DNA of 33,974 nt from a virus (lineage: Duplodnaviria; Caudoviricetes), in IMG/VR virus record IMGVR_UViG_3300025103_000076, positions 1-33,974 of that record, one strand, 5' to 3'. A model generated the notes under the pieces. The model was not told where the DNA came from. It worked only from the letters and a program-made list of their open reading frames with translations, and did no database searches. Shown piece by piece: positions 19,372-27,600 of the stretch. Both the position numbers and the translations under genes were made by a program. Position 1 is the stretch's first letter, and each line of letters starts with the position of its first letter.

Positions 19372-22300
19372 TTATGCCATGCTAGTTTCACCATCAAGTG
19401 GTTCTCTATTTGTGAAATCTTGTCTTTCTGTAGAATAATCTTTTACATATGCTCCACTATACCACCACCTAGTTGTATTCACTGTAGTAGTTGTAGTATA
19501 TGCTGTTGTTGTGGTTGTACTTGTGTTAAATGCTGTTGTAGTACTTTTACTAGTAGACCACGAAGTAGAAGTTGATTTACTTGTAGTCCAAGTCGTCGAA
19601 GTACCTTTATTAGTAGACCACGTGGTAGTATATGCTGTTGTTGTTGATGTTTGTGTGTTATATGTTGTTGTAGTACTAGTACTAGTGTTATAAGCAGTTG
19701 TAGTACTCTTGCTCGTTGATACAACAGTTGATGTTGCTTTTGATGTTAATGTACTAGTATTAAATACAGTGCTTGTTGCTGTGGTTGTATTATATACTGT
19801 ATTAGTGTTTTTACTTGTACTAACCACGGTGCTAGTACTAGTATTATATGTTGTAGTAGTATTAGTAGACGTGTTAAACGTGGTTGTTGTAGCAGTTGTT
19901 GTATTAAATGTTGTTGTGGTACTTTTACTTGTCTCATACGTTGTAGTTGTACTCTTAGTGGTTTCTACCACTGTACTAGTAGAAGTATTATAAGTAGTTG
20001 TGGTACTTTTTGTTGTATTATATGTTGTGTCTGTACTTCTATTTGTATTATAAACTGTAGTTGTTGTTGTAGAGGTATTATATGCCGTAGTAGTATTTTT
20101 ACTTGTTTGAACCACAGTGGTTGTACTCGTATTATAAGTTGTAGTGGTATCAGTAGATGTATTATACGTAGTAGTAGTACTTTTATTAGTACTCCATGTC
20201 GTTGTAGTAGATTTACTAGTACTCCAAGATGTATTTGTACTTTTACTAGTCTCAACTACAGTACTAGTTGAAGTATTATATGTCGTAGTGGTATCTGTAC
20301 TAGTATTATAAGTAGTAGTAGTATTTTTACTAGTTTGCCATGTAGTAGCTGTACTCTTGCTTGTTTCTACTACAGTTGCTGTAGATCTTGTTGTATCTTT
20401 AGATGTATTAAAAGTTGTCGTAGTATTCTTACTAGTACTTACAACAGTAGCAGTTAATTTTTCAGTACTCGTACTAGTGTTATAAGTTGTGCTAGTAGTT
20501 TTACTTGTTGATACTACCGTGTTTGTACTTTTACTCGTACTAACCACTGTGTCAGTAGAGGTATTATACGTTGTCGTAGTATTAGTAGATGTATTATACG
20601 TTGTAGTTGTTGATGTACTTGTATTAAAGGTAGTAGATGTAGATTTAGTTGTTTCATATGTAGTCGTTGTACTCTTACTAGTTTCTACAACTGTACTTGT
20701 ACTAGTGTTGTAAGTAGTTGTGGTGTTAGTACTAGTATTGTAAACAGTATTAGTAGCTGTACTTGTATTAAATGTAGTCGTTGTGTTTTTACTAGTAGAC
20801 ACCACTGTAGCTGTTGACTTGCTAGTTTGAACAACAGTAGATGTACTAGTATTATAGGTTGTCGTAGTAGCGGTTTGAGTATTATAAGTGGTTGTAGTTG
20901 ACTTATTAGTGCTCCACGCTGTTGTAGTTGACTTACTAGTTTCGTAAGTTGTTGTTGTTGATTTACTAGTAGATACCACTGTCGTAGTTGATGTATTATA
21001 TGTTGTAGTAGTATTTTTAGTAGTATTATATGTTGTATCAGTACTTCTTGACGTGTTATAAACAGTTGTAGTTGTTGTAGATGTGTTAAACGCAGTACTA
21101 GTTGATTTAGTAGTTTCTACTACAGTGTTGGTACTAGTGTTATAAGTAGTCGTAGTGTTAGTAGATGTATTATAAGTAGTTGTCGTGTTAGTTGAAGTAT
21201 TATAAACAGTATTTGTAGATTTACTAGTGGATACTACTGTATTAGTTGATTTAGATGTTTCATATGTAGTAGTAGTACCTTTATCTGTTTCAACAACAGT
21301 ACTTGTAGATGTATTATAAGTGGTAGTAGTTGCAGTTGTAGTATTAAATGCAGTAGTAGTTGACTTACTAGTACTCCAACTAGTAGCAGTACTTTTGCTA
21401 GTAGACCAAGTTGTGTTAGTTGATTTACTTGTTGAAACAACCGTACTTGTACTCGTATTATAAGTTGTAGTGGTATTAGTTGAGGTGTTATAAACAGTAT
21501 TCGTAGACTTACTAGTGCTCCAAGTTGTATTAGTAGATTTACTAGTTTCTACAATAGTATTTGTTGATTTACTTGTCGATACAACTGTAGAAGTAGAAGT
21601 ATTATAAGTGGTAGTAGTATTAGTGGATGTGTTATACGTTGTTGTGGTTGCAGTACTAGTATTATATGTAGTAGTTGTGTTTTTACTTGTTGATACTACC
21701 GTAGCTGTTGCGGTACTAGTGTTATATGTAGTCGTAGTATTCTTATTTGTTGAGACAACAGTACTAGTAGCTGTATTATAAGTTGTTGTAGTATTTTTAG
21801 ATGTACTAACTACAGTAGTAGTTGAAGTTGCAAAACTAGTACTCATTGTAGTCTCGGTATTAGTACTAGTATTATATGTTGTTGTTGTTGTTTTATTAGT
21901 GGACACTACAGTTGCAGTGGCTTTACTCGTAGATACTACCGTGCTTGTAGATGTATTATAAGTCGTTGTTGTGTTAGTAGACGTATTATAAGTAGTTGTC
22001 GTAGCTGTACTAGTATTCCATGTAGTAGTGGTAGACTTTGAAGTACTCCACGTAGTAGTAGTACTTTTGGATGTACTAACCACAGTGCTCGTAGAAGTAT
22101 TATACGTAGTAGTAGTATCTTTAGTTGTATTATATGTTGTGTTTGTACTCCTAGCAGTATTATATACCGTAGTAGTGTCTGTTGACGTATTAAATACTGT
22201 GCTAGTTGATTTACTTGTACTAACTACTGTAGATGTTGATGTATTATATGTAGTCGTAGTATTTGTAGAGGTATTATAAGTTGTTGTTGTAGCTGTTTGA

Positions 22301-23598
22301 GTATTGTATGTTGTAGATGTATTTTTACTAGTAGATACAACAGTATTCGTAGATTTACTAGTTGATACAACTGTAGCGGTTGCTTTACTAGTACTAACTA
22401 CAGTTGATGTACTAGTGTTGTACGTAGTTGAAGTGGCTGTTGTTGTATTGTATGATGTTGTAGTATTCTTGTTTGTAGACCACGTAGTTGTGGTGCTTTT
22501 ACTCGTACTTACTACAGTAGCAGTGGCTTTACTCGTTTGAACAACTGTTGAAGTAGATGTGTTATAAGTAGTAGTAGTTGCTGTTGTTGTATTATAAGTG
22601 GTTGTAGTATTTTTACTTGTACTCCACGTTGTATTAGTAGACTTACTTGTGGATACAACGGTAGATGTTGTTTTACTAGTTTCCACAACTGTACTTGTAG
22701 AAGTATTGTATCTAGTAGTAGTTGCTGTGGTGGTATTATATTCTGTAGTTGTACTAGTACTTGTATTATAAGCTGTTGTAGTTAATGTATTGGTTGAGGT
22801 ATTGTATGTAGTGGTAGTAGTTGTACTTGTATTCCATGTAGTTGTAGTATTTTTTGAAGTACTCCAAGTCGTTGTATACTCAGTTGTTGTTGAGGTAGAT
22901 GTATTATATGTAGTTGTTGTATTAGTACTTTTATCAGTTTCTTGAATTTGGGTGGTAGTTGACGTATTATAAGCTGTTGTGGTATTAGTAGCCGTACTTG
23001 TATTCCAATTAGTAGTATATTGTGTAGTAGTTGTTGTTGTAGTAGATGTATTATACGTGGTTGTAGTAGTTGTACTAGTAGCTGTATTATAAGTAGTAGT
23101 GTAATCTGTGTTAGTAGTTTTGCTAGTTGTAGTACTTGTATTATATGTAGTTGTTGTATTAGTTGTTTTGTCTGTTTCATACGCAGTACTCCAAGTTGTA
23201 GTTGTAGATCTCTGCGTCTCAGTGGTAGTATTATATGCAGTATTCCAAGATGTAGTTGTAGTTCTTGAAGTATCTGTACTTGTATTATATACAGTGGTTC
23301 TACTAGTAGCCCACGTAGTAACGTGATTAGTTGAGATAACAGTACTACTTGATGTTGAAGTATCTCTATGTGTTTGTCTTGAGGTACCAGTAGAGGTACT
23401 TTTTGATGTACTCCAAGTTGTGTCTGTGTTTCTATTAGTATTTTTAGTAGTACCACGATTTGTTAATCTATATGTATTTTGAGTTGTTTGCCAAGTTGTA
23501 GTAGTTGTAGTATTAATAATATACAGTATGTGTGGCGTTAGAATTCTACGCCAAATATCGAAAAAACTACCAAGAGGATTTAATGATATACTATGCAT
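19372..23598 (-). CDS. Giant Thr/Ser-rich repeat protein B (1408 aa)
   Basis: 4.2 kb uninterrupted ORF of ~10-aa units with variable synonymous codons; short unique termini; start overlaps the upstream stop (ATGCATAG). Confidence 0.85.
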   Translation of the reverse strand: MHSISLNPLGSFFDIWRRILTPHILYIINTTTTTTWQTTQNTYRLTNRGTTKNTNRNTDTTWSTSKSTSTGTSRQTHRDTSTSSSTVISTNHVTTWATSRTTVYNTSTDTSRTTTTSWNTAYNTTTETQRSTTTTWSTAYETDKTTNTTTTYNTSTTTSKTTNTDYTTTYNTATSTTTTTTYNTSTTTTTTTQYTTNWNTSTATNTTTAYNTSTTTQIQETDKSTNTTTTYNTSTSTTTEYTTTWSTSKNTTTTWNTSTTTTTTYNTSTNTLTTTAYNTSTSTTTEYNTTTATTTRYNTSTSTVVETSKTTSTVVSTSKSTNTTWSTSKNTTTTYNTTTATTTTYNTSTSTVVQTSKATATVVSTSKSTTTTWSTNKNTTTSYNTTTATSTTYNTSTSTVVSTSKATATVVSTSKSTNTVVSTSKNTSTTYNTQTATTTTYNTSTNTTTTYNTSTSTVVSTSKSTSTVFNTSTDTTTVYNTARSTNTTYNTTKDTTTTYNTSTSTVVSTSKSTTTTWSTSKSTTTTWNTSTATTTTYNTSTNTTTTYNTSTSTVVSTSKATATVVSTNKTTTTTYNTSTNTETTMSTSFATSTTTVVSTSKNTTTTYNTATSTVVSTNKNTTTTYNTSTATATVVSTSKNTTTTYNTSTATTTTYNTSTNTTTTYNTSTSTVVSTSKSTNTIVETSKSTNTTWSTSKSTNTVYNTSTNTTTTYNTSTSTVVSTSKSTNTTWSTSKSTATSWSTSKSTTTAFNTTTATTTTYNTSTSTVVETDKGTTTTYETSKSTNTVVSTSKSTNTVYNTSTNTTTTYNTSTNTTTTYNTSTNTVVETTKSTSTAFNTSTTTTTVYNTSRSTDTTYNTTKNTTTTYNTSTTTVVSTSKSTTTTYETSKSTTTAWSTNKSTTTTYNTQTATTTTYNTSTSTVVQTSKSTATVVSTSKNTTTTFNTSTATNTVYNTSTNTTTTYNTSTSTVVETSKSTTTTYETTKSTSTTFNTSTSTTTTYNTSTNTTTTYNTSTDTVVSTSKSTNTVVSTSKTTSTTYNTSTSTEKLTATVVSTSKNTTTTFNTSKDTTRSTATVVETSKSTATTWQTSKNTTTTYNTSTDTTTTYNTSTSTVVETSKSTNTSWSTSKSTTTTWSTNKSTTTTYNTSTDTTTTYNTSTTTVVQTSKNTTTAYNTSTTTTTVYNTNRSTDTTYNTTKSTTTTYNTSTSTVVETTKSTTTTYETSKSTTTTFNTTTATTTTFNTSTNTTTTYNTSTSTVVSTSKNTNTVYNTTTATSTVFNTSTLTSKATSTVVSTSKSTTTAYNTSTSTTTTYNTQTSTTTAYTTTWSTNKGTSTTWTTSKSTSTSWSTSKSTTTAFNTSTTTTTAYTTTTTVNTTRWWYSGAYVKDYSTERQDFTNREPLDGETSMA
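19470..23510 (-). repeat. Degenerate ~30-bp (10-aa) coding repeat array
   Basis: Units [YFW]NTSTxTxTT and [VWY][SEQ]TSKxTxTT, with 8-aa units at N-to-K transitions. Confidence 0.9.
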
Positions 23599-24631
23599 TA
23601 CTTATTGATTTTCTTATTAATACTTTATTTACAAAATAATTGAAATCTGATTGTATCTCATATATAACATGAACTTCATTGTTTTCAGAATTATCAAAAT
23701 TATTACTTGTTACTTCTACTTCCCCATCTAAGGTGTATAAAATATCACCAGCCACAACGTCTTTTAAAACTACATCGATCCAATTATTATTTCTTTTTAC
23801 TACCATGGGTAGTTTAGCACTACCGCTTATTAAATTAGTGTTTAATGTAAATACACCTTGACATTTCATAACCCTACATTCAACTCCTGATTTAAGTTCT
23901 AAACTAGGATTAGAAGGATCCGCACAAGAAAGTACGCTACTTTCATAGTTAGGAGTATATTTAATATCAACGCTACTAGAATCACTATCATATATTACAG
24001 AACCAGCTTTAACACCAAAACCCTCTGTTCTAGTAAGTGTATATAAAGGTACATAATATTTATCTCTATTATAATAAGTGTTCTCTACAGGATCTACAGC
24101 TACCTCAGTAAAAGATACATTATCCCAATAAAACATCATCCATTCGTCTGTTGTTCCACCACTAAAATTCCACCAACTAATTTTACATGTACTATTAGCT
24201 TTTTGTTTACAAAAATATCTAAAATCTTTATGTAAATCATCATCTACATATGTATCCATTAATATTGCGTCATATCTAGTTGTTTCTTCAGATAATAAAT
24301 CTATCCACTTACCTTCCTTAATAATTACATTAGATTTATCAGCTGCCCACGCTTTTAATTTTACTATTATTTCCGGATGGCATTCAACTATAGTATGTGA
24401 AGCAGGGTTTCTAGCTTGAACAGCAGTAGATAATATACCCATTCCGAAACCACACTCTAACACATGATCTCCCGCGGCTACAGCAACTTCTGCCATTTTT
24501 TCCATAATAGGTTGTTCCCAAGACATCATTATCTCTCTAGTATCATTTAATTCTGGACAATGATATGTTATCTTATCATCTGTAAATGTTAAGTTAGCTG
24601 CTAAATATGAATCTCTAAATCTATGTGCCAT
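23591..24631 (-). CDS. SAM-dependent methyltransferase (Rmt2/GAMT-like) fused to a degenerate Hint domain
   Basis: IMMSWEQPIM, motif I VLECGFGMG, HTIVECHPEI and YDAILMDTY; the C-terminal ~140 aa follow a Hint-like layout. Confidence 0.75.
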   Translation of the reverse strand: MAHRFRDSYLAANLTFTDDKITYHCPELNDTREIMMSWEQPIMEKMAEVAVAAGDHVLECGFGMGILSTAVQARNPASHTIVECHPEIIVKLKAWAADKSNVIIKEGKWIDLLSEETTRYDAILMDTYVDDDLHKDFRYFCKQKANSTCKISWWNFSGGTTDEWMMFYWDNVSFTEVAVDPVENTYYNRDKYYVPLYTLTRTEGFGVKAGSVIYDSDSSSVDIKYTPNYESSVLSCADPSNPSLELKSGVECRVMKCQGVFTLNTNLISGSAKLPMVVKRNNNWIDVVLKDVVAGDILYTLDGEVEVTSNNFDNSENNEVHVIYEIQSDFNYFVNKVLIRKSISNA

Positions 24632-24644
24632 AGTTAATTATTTA

Positions 24645-27600
24645 TTATTGACATCCTCTAAAACAATCTCCACCGCCTCCATCTGTTTGAGTTTGTGTAC
24701 TAGTATTATAATACGAAACATAATGTGTATTATAAGTTGTTGTATACGCAGTAGAAAAAGTGGTTAATGTTGAAGTTGTTGTATTATACGTAGTGGTTGT
24801 GTTAACATTCCACGATGTAGTATATATTGTTTGGGTTAAAAAAGTTGTAGTAGTAGAGGTATTATATGCAGTGGTTGTAGAGGTGTTAAATACAGTGGTG
24901 GTGGTAGTATTATATGCGGTGCTCCAAGTTGTAGTTGTAGATTTTGAAGTCTGAGTAGCGGTATTATATGCGGTAGTCCAAGTTGTAGTTGTGCTTCTAG
25001 TGGTGTCAGTACTTGTGTTATAAGTAGTAGTGGTTTCTGTTGATGTGGAGGTATTATATGCGGTACTCCAAGATGTAGTTGTATTTCTGTTTGTTACAGT
25101 ACTTGTATTATACGTTGTAGTAGTATTAGTAGTTGTACTTGTATTATATTGAGTTGTAGTATTAGTTGTTTTACTGTATAACGTACTAGTGCTTACCACG
25201 GTATTTGTACTAGTGCTTGTTGACGTATTATAAGCTGTAGTTGTAGAAGTATTATATGTTGTTGTTGTGGTAGTAGAGGTACTTGTATTATAATTGGTTG
25301 TTGTTGCCTTAGTTGTGAGTGTACTAGTATTCCACGTAGTAGTAGTATTCTTGCTAGTACTCCAAGTAGTTGTGGTAGATTTAGTTGTGTTATATGCTGT
25401 TGAAGTCAATGTACTAGTACTTGTATTATACGCCGTTGTTGTCGACTTAGTTGTTGATGAAGTTTCATCTGTACTCCTAAGAGTGCCCCATGATGTTGTT
25501 GTAGCAGTATTATATGTGGTTGTAGTATCTGTACTTGTGTTATACACGGTTGTTGTGCTTGTGGTAGTATTAAAGGTGGTGGAAGTACTCTTACTTGTAG
25601 AAACAATTGTGTTAGTAGATTTTGAAGTTTCTACTACAGTAGACGTTGCTGTATTATACGTAGTTGTTGTATCAGTTGAAGTATTATATGTAGTGGTTGT
25701 TGCTGTTGAAGTATTAAATACAGTATTAGTAGATTTACTTGTACCCCAAGTTGTATTAGTATTTTTACTTGTAGAAACAACTGTTGTTGTAGCAGTGTTG
25801 TAAGTTGTGGTGGTATTAGTTGAAGTATTGTATGTGGTCGTAGTTGCAGTAGTGGTGTTAAAGGTTGTTGAAGTATTTTTACTTGTAGAAACAACTGTGT
25901 TAGTTGATTTACTAGTACTTACGACTGTAGCTGTTGCTTTAGATGTACTTACAACTGTTGTTGTAGCTGTATTATATGTAGTTGTTGTATTCTTACTAGT
26001 ACTCCATGTAGTAGATGTTGTTTTTTGAGTATTATATGTAGTATTGGTTGATCTACTAGTATTATAAGTAGTTGTAGTGGTTTTACTTGTTTCAACTACT
26101 GTGCTAGTGGCTGTATTATAGGTTGTTGTTGTTGACGTACTAGTGTTAAATGTAGTAGTAGTGTTTTTATTAGTACTCCATGTTGTAGTTGTTGATTTGC
26201 TTGTTTCGTAGGTTGTAGTAGTTGACTTGCTAGTACTAACAACCGTTGTTGTACTTGTATTATACGTGGTAGTGGTATTAGTACTAGTGTTAAAAGTTGT
26301 CGTTGTATTTGTTGACGTATTATATTGAGTACTTGTATTAATATTTGTTGTAGTACTAGTGTTATAAGTCGTACTAGTACTTGTATTAAACGTTGTGGTT
26401 GTGCTTTTAGATGTACTAACAGTAGTAGTAGTACTTGTATTATAAGTCGTTGTTGTAGCAGTAGAGGTATTATAAGTCGTCTCTGTGTTTGTACTTGTAT
26501 TAAATACTGAGCTAGTTGTCTTACTAGTAGACACCACTGTTGATGTAGATTTACTAGTCTCATATGTTGTGGTAGTTGCTTTACTAGTGCTTACTACAGT
26601 TGTTGTCGCTGTATTGTAAGTTGTTGTAGTTGCGGTGGTGGTATTAAAAGTTGTAGTTGTAGCAGTGGTGGTATTAAATGTAGTAGTGGTATTTTTATTA
26701 GTACTCCAAGTGGTGGTTGTTGATTTATTTGTACTAACCACTGTATCTGTACTTGTATTATAAACAGTTGTTGTTGCTGTAGTTGTATTAAACGTTGTCG
26801 TCGTATCTGTACTAGTATTAAATGTTGTTGTGGTTGATTTACTAGTTTGCCACGTTGTATTTGTGTTTTTACTTGTGCTTACTACCGTACTAGTGGAAGT
26901 ATTATATACTGTAATTGTACCTTTTTGAGTATTGTATGTAGTAGTTGTGGCGGTAGATGTGTTATAAGTTGTAGTAGTATTCTTATTAGTTTCATAAGCG
27001 GTTGTTGTACTTTTACTAGTAGATACTACTGTCGCTGTAGTTTTACTAGTCGATACAACTGTAGTAGTTTGGGTATTATACGTAGTTGTGGTATTTTTAC
27101 TAGTTTCCCAAGTTGTAGTAGTTGACTTTGTAGTGTTATAAGTCGTATTAGTGCTTCGATCGGTATTATAGGTTGTCGTGGTGGATTTTGAAGTTTCTAC
27201 TACTGTAGACGTACTAGTATTATATGTGGTTGTAGTACTGGTACTAGTATTAAAAGTTGTAGTTGTTGCTGTGCTAGTGTTAAACGTTGTAGTAGTTGAC
27301 TTACTTGTAGAAACAACAGTATTAGTACTTTTATTAGTCTCAACAACTGTTGATGTAGCGGTGTTGTATGTAGTTGTTGTATCAGTACTTGTGTTAAAAG
27401 TAGTTGTCGTGGATTTACTAGTGCTCCATGCTGTACTTGTACTTTTAGATGTAGATACAACCGTTGCTGTTGCTTTACTTGTAGAAATAACAGTTGTTGT
27501 AGCGGTATTAAACGTTGTAGTAGTAGATTTACTAGTTTCATATGTAGTAGTAGTGTTCTTACTAGTTTCATATGTTGTTGTGGTAGATTTACTCGTACTT

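Noticed and set aside
23591-24016. Active intein
   Set aside because: Cys1, TxxH and terminal His-Asn are all missing, and there is no C-extein.
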